A program made the position numbers and the translations under genes. Positions 8,632 to 18,099 of a stretch of DNA of 64,000 bases are shown here, one piece after another (position 1 is the stretch's first letter; every line of letters begins with the position of its first letter). The stretch lies in IMG/VR virus record IMGVR_UViG_3300009104_001827, positions 1-64,000 of that record. One strand, 5' to 3'. The notes beneath the pieces are model-generated. The model saw only the letters and a list, made by a program, of their open reading frames with translations, was not told the DNA's origin and searched no databases.

Positions 8632-8704
8632 GGGGATGATTGGATTCGATTTGCACTGCTTCATCGGGGCAAAGACTGCGGTTCAACTCCGCACATCTCC
8701 ACCA
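8632..8704 (+). ncRNA. Mini-tmRNA: tRNA-like domain only
   Basis: 5' GGGGAUGAUUGGAUUCGA; UUUGC/GCAAA helix; T-arm UGCGG-UUCAACU-CCGCA; acceptor GGGGAUG/CAUCUCC with G3.U70; ACCA end. Confidence 0.75.
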
Positions 8705-8717
8705 ATTTTTAAGAATT

Positions 8718-9038
8718 ATGAGTAAAAATAAAAACAAAAATATTGCACTAATCGACGAGAAATGGGAAGCAATTGGACATTCAATGAACATCTCAAACGA
8801 GGCTTGCTCAAGGTTATTCAATGAGGTTTTGATTCCGCTTTCTGGAATGCAAGGCAAATTGAAGTTTGCCACAGGCAAAAGTGTGGTCGATGAATCCGTT
8901 GACTGCATAGAAAACAAGTCAGTTCGCCGTACAGTTGCCGAAGTCAGAGACGGCATTTCAGGACTCCGTGAGATAGTCAAAGATATATCTCAAAGTCTCA
9001 GAGAGCAATCGGAAAAATACATTCGCGCAAATCCTTAA
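8718..9038 (+). CDS. Hypothetical protein (last + strand early gene)
   Basis: MSKNKNKNIAL...; stop lies inside the R7 arm. Confidence 0.7.
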   Translation: MSKNKNKNIALIDEKWEAIGHSMNISNEACSRLFNEVLIPLSGMQGKLKFATGKSVVDESVDCIENKSVRRTVAEVRDGISGLREIVKDISQSLREQSEKYIRANP

Positions 9039-9105
9039 GCATCAGCGACTTACGCTACAAGGGGGGACCCCGGCCCGTCGTAAGTCATTGACCTACAACG
9101 GGTAA
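9028..9105 (-). repeat. Bipartite element R7 (first inverted copy)
   Basis: Arm 9028-9052, 28-bp core with G-run on the + strand, arm 9081-9105. Confidence 0.85.
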
Positions 9106-9155
9106 CAGGCTAACCAATAATAAAACTATTTAGCTATTTAGTATTTACTATTTAG

Positions 9156-9380
9156 CTATTTAAGTTCCTCAATTAGCTCGTCTAATCGCTCATAGTCAAG
9201 CCCCGAATCATTCCAAGCAACTCTGTCTGGTGTTTCGGTAGACTCAAAGCAGTCTCGCATTTGACAAGCGAAGTCATGATAATTCTCGCACTCTCTTGCG
9301 AAATTGTAAAGACCTTCGTCATTGCCTATCCATAGGGCGACATTCCAAGTTGCGTGATTTTTCCATCCGTTATAACTCAT
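9156..9380 (-). CDS. Conserved-type small phage protein
   Basis: YNGWKNHATWNVALWIGNDEGLY motif. Confidence 0.75.
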   Translation of the reverse strand: MSYNGWKNHATWNVALWIGNDEGLYNFARECENYHDFACQMRDCFESTETPDRVAWNDSGLDYERLDELIEELK

Positions 9381-9694
9381 AATTTTGATATATCGTGTCC
9401 GTGTTGTTCCATGTTTCGCAATGCCTCTTGTCTGGTCATGTTAAAACGACTCATAAGATACATTAGAAGCGTTGCTCCTGTTAATTCTATTTCATTACTC
9501 ATTTACAAGTCCAATCGTATAAGGAGAGTGTTCTGTCGCTCTGTTCAAATCAGATTCCAAATCTCGAATAAGTTCAATAACTACTTGAAGCGTTCCTTCA
9601 AGACCGATTGACTTTCCGTTCTTCAAAACCTCGTAGTTTTTCACAGGATTGTTTGTTGATTGTCTAATCATTCCTTCTATTGTTGAATAGCTCA

Positions 9695-10060
9695 TTAGTC
9701 TGATAAAAGAGATTGGGTGTAATCGTTTCGGAGTTCATTGAGAAGGTCAACCCAAGCAACGCCATTCGTTTGAGCCTCACGCATTAGGCGAGTAATCGCA
9801 ACTTCATCTTGCCAACCGAGAACATCATCGAACTTAGCAAGCGGAAGCATCTTGTCGTTGTGGAACATTGCGACTTCGTAAGTTCCTTGCGATGCGTTGC
9901 CATAAAGCCCACCGAATTGCTTTTCTTTGTTCTTCATAGAGACAACGGAAATCTGAAATCCGTTTCCTAAATCAAGTCTAGCTTGGATTGCATCTGGATG
10001 GTTTGCGTGGTCGTTAAACTCCAAATCGGAGAAGGTTTTCGTCTTTTGTGTTTCAATCAT
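9695..10060 (-). CDS. Hypothetical phage protein
   Basis: 121 aa; TTGACA 35 nt upstream. Confidence 0.75.
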   Translation of the reverse strand: MIETQKTKTFSDLEFNDHANHPDAIQARLDLGNGFQISVVSMKNKEKQFGGLYGNASQGTYEVAMFHNDKMLPLAKFDDVLGWQDEVAITRLMREAQTNGVAWVDLLNELRNDYTQSLLSD

Positions 10061-10104
10061 AAATATATTCTGACAGATAATAGGGTTTTTGTCAAGGCTT
10101 TTTT

Positions 10105-10341
10105 TTATAAATCTTCCGTTAGGGCAAATATTCTTCCGTTGTAATCAACTTGGCTGGAAATGTTTGTAAAGGTTCTCTTTTCTAAATTGGCTCGCAAGCA
10201 ATCTTCGCTGATATAATACTCTCGCAACCAAGGCGTTTTCTTCTTCTTCTGTTCTTCCGCTTTTCTGTCCACCTCTGCAATGACTATCACGCCATCGTTT
10301 GAAAGTGAGAGTAAAAGGCTTTTGTCTCGTTTTAATTTCAT
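10105..10341 (-). CDS. Hypothetical protein
   Basis: 78 aa; TTGACA 35 nt upstream. Confidence 0.7.
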   Translation of the reverse strand: MKLKRDKSLLLSLSNDGVIVIAEVDRKAEEQKKKKTPWLREYYISEDCLRANLEKRTFTNISSQVDYNGRIFALTEDL

Positions 10342-10393
10342 CCCTTTATACTAGATTAATTAAGCCTTGATGTCAAGCTTTTTCTTTCGCTCG

Positions 10394-10470
10394 CAACATA
10401 CTGAAGCTCAACGACTTACGCTGACGCCGGGGGCCGGCCCAGCCCTAAGTCCTTGACTATCTGCCGTTTA
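10394..10470 (-). repeat. Bipartite element R8
   Basis: 27-bp core CGCTGACGCCGGGGGCCGGCCCAGCCC, close to the reverse complement of the R4/R5 core. Confidence 0.9.
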
Positions 10471-10620
10471 GGATTCTCAAGAGATGCTCGTAAGCTGGCA
10501 AGCCTGAGTTTAACCCATGAGCAACCCATTTTCCCTTTTCTTTACGGTAAAGCAAATCCCATTTGCAAGCGTAATCATGCACTCGCATTAGACCATTGGG
10601 CAAGATTTCAGTTCGGTATC

Positions 10621-11343
10621 TCAAGAGTTTATCCCTTCCTGTACGAATCCTGTCTCATCCTTTTTTGCCATACCCTTTTCGATAAGCCCGACAATAACGC
10701 CTTGCTTGTCACGGAAACGCAAATCACTTTCATCGCCATTGATAACTTCGTGACCTTTCCAAGTTTTAGGTAACCTATCACGGAAAACCACGGCGACATT
10801 TCCACCCATTTGCAAAACCATATCGCAAAGCGTATCGTTATGCTCTGAGCGAGAAAAAGTCAAATGATAGTTGCTCGGAAAATCCTTAGCTTGATTGACG
10901 AACTTTGCCATGCGTTGAAACGACTTGGTATAATCATAAAATTGCGTTTCGGGAAACTTTTGCATAAGCGTTTGACCATTTGCATCTTCAATGTTTTCCC
11001 ATTCCAAATCGCTTGTGAGATTAGGGCGAAAAACCGCAGTCATTTCTTTCTTAACTGCTGACTTAATGCCTGAAGCAATTTCCTTTGCGAGCTTTTCCAT
11101 GAACGCAAGCTTTTGTTCAAAGAATAACTTTGTCTTGGCAATGCGAGAGTCTTGGATTTTGTCCATTCGTCCACGACCAGCAGTATTCAAGCAAGCCATC
11201 GTGCAACCTTTGCTTCTCCATTGGCAAGCTTCGTACCCCGAAAGATTTGCTGGAGCAAGATGAATGCCCTTAGTCATGAAGCCAAAAGCTTCGCCTTTTA
11301 CGATTTTGGCATTTCCTGCCGTGAGTAGAGTTGTCTTAATCAT
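10621..11343 (-). CDS. GP88-like phage protein
   Basis: CxxxxxxCxxxCLNTAGRG, FYDYTK, YHLTFS and GDESDLRF motifs. Confidence 0.65.
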   Translation of the reverse strand: MIKTTLLTAGNAKIVKGEAFGFMTKGIHLAPANLSGYEACQWRSKGCTMACLNTAGRGRMDKIQDSRIAKTKLFFEQKLAFMEKLAKEIASGIKSAVKKEMTAVFRPNLTSDLEWENIEDANGQTLMQKFPETQFYDYTKSFQRMAKFVNQAKDFPSNYHLTFSRSEHNDTLCDMVLQMGGNVAVVFRDRLPKTWKGHEVINGDESDLRFRDKQGVIVGLIEKGMAKKDETGFVQEGINS

Positions 11344-11571
11344 GCCTTAATACTATCTTAATTCTGCTTTCTTGTCAACAATTTTCTTTGCTTTTTCAAT
11401 TCCTTTTTCCATGCCGAACTGAGAAACCAAGCGTTTGAAAGTTTCCCAAGCAATCGTATTCTCGGGAAGCTTTTTCCATTCTTTCATTCTTTCTTTACTA
11501 TTCATGCCTTAATTATGGCAGATTCTAGGGGCAAAGTCAAGCCTTTTTTTAAAATAAAATCAAAAGAAATC

Positions 11572-11649
11572 TAAACCCCTCTAGACCAAGGACTTACGGA
11601 CCGGCGGGGAGGCCGCCCGGGCCGTAACTCGTTGATACTCAGCTACCTA
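11572..11649 (-). repeat. Bipartite element R9
   Basis: Arm 11572-11596, 28-bp core, arm 11625-11649. Confidence 0.85.
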
Positions 11650-11728
11650 CAGCGTGCACATAAACGCACAGGCTAGTATAAGTAGCAAAGGCAACTGCTA
11701 TAAATATATATAATAGTCTATTTGTCAT
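11639..11728 (-). CDS. 29-aa hydrophobic peptide MTNRLLYIFIAVAFATYTSLCVYVHAVGS
   Basis: Stop lies inside the R9 arm. Confidence 0.5.
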   Translation of the reverse strand: MTNRLLYIFIAVAFATYTSLCVYVHAVGS

Positions 11729-12023
11729 CACATTGCTTGTTGAGCTTGACAACTTTAAGCACCTTCTTAAAGGCTTCTTGCACTCCGTCAAGAAACTCCT
11801 TGCTTCCCATTTCTGGATAAACATGGTTGATGTCGTTAGGATCGTAGACATTCAAGACATCTAAGATGACCTCGAAATCTTTTTTGTTTAGTGATGTATA
11901 CATAATTCTATAATTCTTCTACCCACCAATAGCCTTCGCACTTAGTGAGAATGGTATCAATTCCGTTTTGTTGCTTCATGTAGACAAATTGCCTCGCATG
12001 GTGTTCGTGAATAAACTTATACA

Positions 12024-12365
12024 TTAAAAGTCTGCTCCATAGGTTTCTTGCTCTCCAAAGCAACCGTAATCTTCGTCAGTCCCGAATCCTGCGGAAGTCA
12101 TGGCAGAATCAAAATCTCCATCCATACTTTCGTCGATATCTCTTTCGTCGTTGATGTGCCATTGCTCAACCTCTTCACAAGAAATCATCTTGCCGTGCCA
12201 ATCGTAAACGGCAAATTGGATTCCAAGATTAAGGTATTCGCCAGTTTGATTAGCCTCATCTATCAGGACTTCTGCTCGCATATAAGCTTGCTCAAGACCT
12301 TCACGATTTTTGTTCCAGAAATAGTCAAGCGTTTCATTTACAATTACTTCATATCTTTTTATCAT
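12024..12365 (-). CDS. Acidic hypothetical protein
   Basis: 113 aa, leaderless promoter, C-terminal SAGFGTDEDYG. Confidence 0.75.
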   Translation of the reverse strand: MIKRYEVIVNETLDYFWNKNREGLEQAYMRAEVLIDEANQTGEYLNLGIQFAVYDWHGKMISCEEVEQWHINDERDIDESMDGDFDSAMTSAGFGTDEDYGCFGEQETYGADF

Positions 12366-12420
12366 ACCTATAATACTATACTAGAATGGATTTCGTGTCA
12401 AGGGTTTTTTTAAAAAAAGT

Positions 12421-12512
12421 GTCCCGTGCTGTGCCACATGACTGCACCCAGATTTATGAAGGTTGCGAGCCTTCTGTCTTGAGGGGTTTATGTCTCAAGT
12501 CTGACACGGGAC
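12421..12512 (-). ncRNA. Candidate small structured RNA
   Basis: Closing stem GTCCCGTG/CACGGGAC with internal hairpins; own promoter at 12565-12570 ends in TATAGGTATA (no ATG); U-tract follows. Confidence 0.5.
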
Positions 12513-12660
12513 TGAAATTGTGTTAAAATAATTATACCTATAAGTATGACAGAATGAGCCGTGAAGTCAAGCTTTTTTTTCATTTTTTATGTCGATGCTT
12601 TGCTGTTTTGTAAACACGTTTCTCAAATGTGTCGATGAGATAAACATAAGTTTGGTGTTG

Positions 12661-12737
12661 CAAGTCCCTAATACCCAACGACTTACGCTGAAGCGGGGAG
12701 CCGGCCCCGTCATAAGTCATTGATAGTCAACGACAAA
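12661..12737 (-). repeat. Bipartite element R10
   Basis: Arm 12661-12685, 27-bp core, arm 12713-12737. Confidence 0.85.
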
Positions 12738-12819
12738 AAAAACTCCCCTCGATCCTTATATTTGACCGAGGGAAGTTTCTTATTTAAGAGCTGTATTTGA
12801 CCCCTTTTCGTTTCAATTT

Positions 12820-13626
12820 CTAGTTGGATTCAACTCCTGCAACAGGGTCAAAAGCATTATGGAAAATCTCAGAACGCTTAGGCAAGTGCATTACATTGCG
12901 TCCTTTGGACACTTCCGTGAACGCATTGTATAGCGAATTAAGATTGCGGTCTTGAAAGACCTTGTGGTCAGAATCTTTCCATTGCTCCCAAGCTTGAGCT
13001 AGGGTGGATTGACCAATTAAGTTGGTCTTGATTCCTGCCTCGTAGACATCGAAGATGAGGTGTTGAGCTTGCCTATCATTCAAAGGAATATCCCTATAAG
13101 CTTCGACTCGCTTATCTTGATGCTCCCACATGGGCAATAAAGCCTTGACAATATCATCCACTCTCTTGAGTAGCTCTTGCTTTACTTCGCCTATGTGCTT
13201 GCGAGTAAAGACGACATCGTTATGAAAAACGAGATTGTCACAAATAAATGGTGCTTCACCTGCACACAATCCTGCTGCGAAAAGCTTATCGTGCGAGTTA
13301 CGCATACCGACAACTGTTCCTCTATCCGAACCAACACGATTTGGATGAACAACTTGAAACATTCCGAAATAATGGTCGGCTTGCTTACCAAGATTGTGGC
13401 ATTCATTTACGATTTCAAAACCCGATTCTTCAAGGTTGTTGCGAGTTACATCGACAACAGTTGCGTGAGGAATTGGTTTCCAACGATTAGTTTCCTTGGG
13501 AGTCGGAACACGACGAACGGTATCCAAATCCACAACGGAACTTTTTGCTCCACAAATGCGGAGGTTCAACTTAGGAGTTTCTGCTATTGTATCTGTCATA
13601 ATTTTTTGAGTTTCTATTTTTATCAA
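12820..13626 (-). CDS. DUF932-like phage protein
   Basis: NSHD, ICDNL, RKH and LYNAFTE motifs typical of the family. Confidence 0.7.
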   Translation of the reverse strand: MIKIETQKIMTDTIAETPKLNLRICGAKSSVVDLDTVRRVPTPKETNRWKPIPHATVVDVTRNNLEESGFEIVNECHNLGKQADHYFGMFQVVHPNRVGSDRGTVVGMRNSHDKLFAAGLCAGEAPFICDNLVFHNDVVFTRKHIGEVKQELLKRVDDIVKALLPMWEHQDKRVEAYRDIPLNDRQAQHLIFDVYEAGIKTNLIGQSTLAQAWEQWKDSDHKVFQDRNLNSLYNAFTEVSKGRNVMHLPKRSEIFHNAFDPVAGVESN

Positions 13627-13671
13627 TTGTTAAGCTATAAGTATAGGTGAAAATATGTTAAAAGTCAAGCA

Positions 13672-13914
13672 TTAATTTTGCTCAAATGGCTTTTTTTCTT
13701 GCCCATTGAATCCAGTCATGTTCTCGTAGCATTGAGCCTTTTGGGCAATTTGCTGAAGGGTAATTCCAACCATGCCAATAGTCTCACTTTCCTCATCACT
13801 TAGCTCACCTTCTACTGGCTTAATGCAAATCTCCCATAGCACATCCATGCACATCTTCATGATGTTCTCTGCGTTCAAGTTTTCGTCCGAGGCTTCGTTA
13901 TTCAATATATTCAT
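13672..13914 (-). CDS. Hypothetical protein
   Basis: 80-aa ORF. Confidence 0.65.
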   Translation of the reverse strand: MNILNNEASDENLNAENIMKMCMDVLWEICIKPVEGELSDEESETIGMVGITLQQIAQKAQCYENMTGFNGQEKKPFEQN

Positions 13915-14016
13915 TTTTTCTTCAATCCTTTCTCAATTATCAATACAAGTATTCTAGAGGAAAACTAGGGTAATTGCAAGCATAAAATCACTAAAACTAA
14001 CATTTTTTTTAATGCT

Positions 14017-14090
14017 TATGTTGCTCTAGGTCAATAACTTACGACGGGCCCGGGGGCCCGCCAGCTAAAGTGAATTGATTGAGAGCCAAG
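14017..14090. repeat. Degenerate bipartite element R11
   Basis: Arm ending TCAATAACTTA, core CGACGGGCCCGGGGGCCCGCC, second arm decayed. Confidence 0.65.
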
Positions 14091-15703
14091 TCGCCACACT
14101 TGGTGAAGCTTTCAAGGGTTAACCTACTAGGCGTAGTACTGCCTCTCAAAATCAATAGATAGATAATTAAGCGAAGATCCGCTTCTCTAGTTTATACAGC
14201 TGCTCAAGTAGATTGTCGTGCTCCTTTTTCTTCAAAGCCCAATCCTGACAATATGCTCCTGACTCCTCAGCCAATGCCAGCTCATAACCGAGCTGGCGAA
14301 TCTTGGCTAAGAGAGTATAGTGCCGTGCCATAATTAGCTTACGACTGTTACCAACCTATCGTAGCGAAACCTACGATAACCTTCACGGTTGTGGCAATAT
14401 GCCGTGAATCCGACAATGTTCTGACCTTCATTGGCATTGCCAAATTGGTCTTCTTGTACTGGCTTATCGACAGTATACAGTTCCGTTCTTCCGTCGGAAG
14501 TCTTGTATACGACTTGCCATCGTGTTGCGTTCTTGTTATTCTTCATTTTCTTTTCCAGTTTCATATTCGTTTATATCTTTTTTAGATTCTTGTTCTTTGG
14601 TTTCGTAAAGTTCTAATGATTGCTTGAGAGTTGCTTGGGCTTCTTCCAAAGTGTCAAATGGAATACAAATCAATTCTTGCTCCAAATTATATGGGCAATA
14701 CTCTTGCTTCTCAGCAAAATATAAATCCCATGTTCCAGTATCGTCATCGTATTCTGGGCGATTAAGTGGTGGAAGTTCACAGTATTCTTGAATATAATTA
14801 AGCATTGCGATTAAACTCTTGAGCCTTTCTGACTTTTTGCGTCACCATTACATTTGGGTCGTACAAGGATTCAACGAGAGGTTTGTTTCCCGTGTGAGAA
14901 TACTTCTTGCACATATCGTGAAGTTGTTTGTGTTTTACTGGGTCTGAAACGCCCTTTTGTTTTGCTTCCTTACTCATTAAAATAATCCTACTACTCCGTA
15001 TTCAACCTCGACTTGCTCAAGAAAATTATCTGCACAAGTTTCAACTGCGTTTTCATAAGCAACGCCATCTATGTCATCGCTTTCGTTAAAATAATCAAAG
15101 AAGGGAAAATCCGCAAGGTCGTGAACGCTTATGCCAAGCTTCATCATAACCTTTGAATCTACATCTTCAACGAACTGTTCTATCGTGTTTTTAATCATGC
15201 TATAATTATCGCACATTTTCGTTTCTTTGTCAAGGGTTAAATTAATCTTTGCTTGCATCCATCCAAGCCCGATTGTAAACCTCTTCGGGATGATGAAAAT
15301 ACCTATCGGAATCATTTGTCTTTTTATCTTCAGCAAAGCAATCAACAACGATTTGGCAAAGGTCATCAATGTTGTCGTTTGTAATTTCGTACTCTCTATC
15401 CAGTAAAGGGTTCATGTACGCAATGATGTTCTCTTGGATTTGTTCTTTTATCTCTTCGTTTGTCATAAAACTTTTGCACCCACTTTGTAAACCGACCAAT
15501 TTCCATTACAATAAGGATAAGAACCTTCTGCCCAACTTACTGCACCATCAATGGAGCGAAAATAAATCGGTGATTCGGAAGGACTATCATCGTCAACGAG
15601 TGCGTATACTCCTTCTGCTATGTCGCAAGGTTCAGTCATCCTTTCTCGCTCAAACTGAGACTTAATTTCCATGTAATCATGTCCGTCTATGCAATAATTC
15701 ATC

Positions 15704-16114
15704 TTACCACCAAGAGTTGTAGTAAACCTTCTTGCCATCTGCGATTGCCTTGCGAGCATCTTGAATGAACTTCAAGTCAGTCAACTTGTAATGGTAGTCA
15801 TTATCACCATAAGGATTTCCATCGGCATCTTCCCAAGCAAATGAATCGTCTCCGAAGAAAAACCCACCTGTTTCTGGCAATGCCTTGTTCGCTACATGAG
15901 CCTCAAGTTGTTCTAGGTCTGACTCGCTGAGTTCAAGCTCAACGCAATTAAAATCGTTGCCAATTCCACTATCGGAATCACTAACGGCATTTCCCTTGTC
16001 TCGAAACAAGTCTTCCATCCATCCGTGAAGACGATTGTGCTTACGCCAGTAAGCGAGTTCTTCTTGCTCTGAATCCTCAGAGGTCTTTGCGTATCCGTAT
16101 TGGTCTAATCCCAT
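15704..16114 (-). CDS. Conserved-type phage protein
   Basis: MGLDQY...YWRKHNRLHGWM...GFFFG...YYNSWW. Confidence 0.75.
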   Translation of the reverse strand: MGLDQYGYAKTSEDSEQEELAYWRKHNRLHGWMEDLFRDKGNAVSDSDSGIGNDFNCVELELSESDLEQLEAHVANKALPETGGFFFGDDSFAWEDADGNPYGDNDYHYKLTDLKFIQDARKAIADGKKVYYNSWW

Positions 16115-16187
16115 TTTTTATCTTTCTCTTTCTCGATTGTTAAGCCTTAATTTTGACAGAAAAATGCCCTAAAGTCAAGCTTTTTTT

Positions 16188-16598
16188 TTAGATTGCAAGA
16201 ACTTCTTTTGTATAAAACTTCACGAACGAAGCGAACCATCTTGGTTTTTGCGTACTCACATCAACAAAAGATGAATGCTTGTAAGGATTGTATGTGATAG
16301 CAGTCATTTCCCACCATCCTATGTCATCCCAGCACGCAAATGAAGGATCAGGATGAGCGATGTATCCGCTGATGCCTGCATGGACATTTTTCCTTTTCTC
16401 CCGAAGAACCCTTTCTCTCCCTTTCGTGTTCACCTTCATCATTGCTGAATATAAATGTATTGGTTTTCCGTCAGAATGAGCCTTAACGAGACCGTCTTGC
16501 TTGATGCTCCAACAATCCTTGTGGAGATTCTTATAGACAAAAACCTTTTTGCTTTCATCCAGTTTATACCTTGGGTCTTCTTGTTTTAATTTAATCAT
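16188..16598 (-). CDS. Conserved-type phage protein
   Basis: VYKNLH...REKRKNVHA...YNPYK; leaderless promoter. Confidence 0.75.
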   Translation of the reverse strand: MIKLKQEDPRYKLDESKKVFVYKNLHKDCWSIKQDGLVKAHSDGKPIHLYSAMMKVNTKGRERVLREKRKNVHAGISGYIAHPDPSFACWDDIGWWEMTAITYNPYKHSSFVDVSTQKPRWFASFVKFYTKEVLAI

Positions 16599-16651
16599 AC
16601 CTTTAATACTAGACTACTTTCATGGGCGTGTCAAGCTTTTTTTTACACCCG

Positions 16652-16729
16652 TAAACCACTGCTCCCCAAAGAGTTACGCATAAAGGGGGAGGCCGGCGCC
16701 GTCGTAAGTCGTTGATGTTAAGTTGCTTG
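16652..16729 (-). repeat. Bipartite element R12
   Basis: Arm 16652-16676, 28-bp core, arm starting TAAGTCGTTGATG 16705-16729. Confidence 0.85.
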
Positions 16730-16887
16730 GGCGATCTCCTTAAGTGAAATTATTTTTATCATTATTTATATTTGAATGATTCACATTTGTATTTGTATAT
16801 TTATTCATACCATTCTTGTATAGCAATTTTTATTCCGAAGCATATTCCAATCAATATAATTATGCCTAATTCCAATTTTATCCTTTC

Positions 16888-17481
16888 TTATTTTGTGTTA
16901 GAGTATTCTTTCCAAATCTCAATGTCTAATTCTCGCACACTTTTGTTACGAAGTCGAGCTAAATCCTTAAAAATGTCTGCCCAATAATCGTATACCTTTT
17001 TGCTGCCAGGAGTGCTTTTAGGGGCGTTCACATATCCTTGATCTCTTAACCAAGACATGATGTGAGTATCCAACATAGGTTCATCAAAGTCCTTTCTGGT
17101 ATTCGAGAGAAAGAATCGTGCGGTTTTCATTCCTATTCCACGAACCTTCATGAGTTCTTCAAGCGTAACATCCCTCAAGCTTTTCCAAGGGAAAGAATGA
17201 CTACTGCTTAATTTAATAACATCAACATAGGAATCATACCGATCTCGATAGGGCGCAATTCTCTTTGCTTGCATAAACGATTTTAGTCCACCGTCTTTCT
17301 GTAGAAGTCGTATCCACTCAAAAGGAGATACATCTAGCTTTCTCGCACCTCTCAGAAACGCTTCTAATTTCGGAGCTTCGACCGCAGACTTCTTACCTGC
17401 TACATTTATACCAAACAATAAAAACTCTTCTAATTCAGATTCAGTTCTATTGTAGTTCTTTACTTTTGCTGGATTAATCAT
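16888..17481 (-). CDS. HhH DNA glycosylase-like protein (Ogg/N-glycosylase-like)
   Basis: VRGIGMKTARFFL helix-hairpin-helix followed by LDTHI. Confidence 0.7.
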   Translation of the reverse strand: MINPAKVKNYNRTESELEEFLLFGINVAGKKSAVEAPKLEAFLRGARKLDVSPFEWIRLLQKDGGLKSFMQAKRIAPYRDRYDSYVDVIKLSSSHSFPWKSLRDVTLEELMKVRGIGMKTARFFLSNTRKDFDEPMLDTHIMSWLRDQGYVNAPKSTPGSKKVYDYWADIFKDLARLRNKSVRELDIEIWKEYSNTK

Positions 17482-18078
17482 GATTAATATTGGTAACCGT
17501 ATTCTCGTTGCAATTCATCAAAATAATTATATGAGTTATGTCTATTACAATTATATATAAATGATTCTAAATCTTTTACTTTCTTCTTAGCCTTTAGTGG
17601 ATATCTTCTCCTCAGTAGAGATTTGATTTCTTCCCTTGTTGTTTTTATTTTATTCAATTGGTGAAAAGGCATCTCGCCTTCAAACTCCCAATCTAGAATG
17701 TCGTTATCGAGGTCAATCAAGAATCCTTCAACCATTTCAGTTTCGTTTTCGTATTTCATTACAACATCGGGTTGCCAGAGTCAAGCTCGACACCCAGTAC
17801 TGATTTTAATTTACGAAATGATTCGGACTTAATGAAGACCTGCCTAACATAGTCTTCTCCGCTATCTTCCACAACCTTAATGCGTCCTGCGACATACATC
17901 GCACGGCAAGCCTCTCTTGGTTTTCCACCCCATTGGATGATGAGTTCTGTTTTAGGGAAGTATTCTGCGAGTTCAGCACATTGCTCCGCAGTAACAAATC
18001 CCCATTGTTCAATGATTTCTTTTAGCAATTTCATACCTTTAATACTGACAGATTACCTTGGTCTTGTCAACAAAAAAA

Positions 18079-18097
18079 CCTCCCCTTTTCGGGGAGG
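18079..18097 (-). terminator. Intrinsic terminator
   Basis: CCTCCCC-TTTTC-GGGGAGG hairpin with A-run on its left (U-tract on the minus strand). Confidence 0.75.
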
Positions 18098-18099
18098 CT

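Noticed and set aside
8632-8704. Standard tRNA-Ala or attP remnant
   Set aside because: No D-stem or 7-nt anticodon loop; both tmRNA-type ends are present and paired; no integrase nearby
3007-16729. Canonical integron attC sites or Xer dif sites
   Set aside because: No consistent RYYYAAC/GTTRRRY ends with extrahelical bases, no 11-6-11 dif layout, and no tyrosine recombinase in the window
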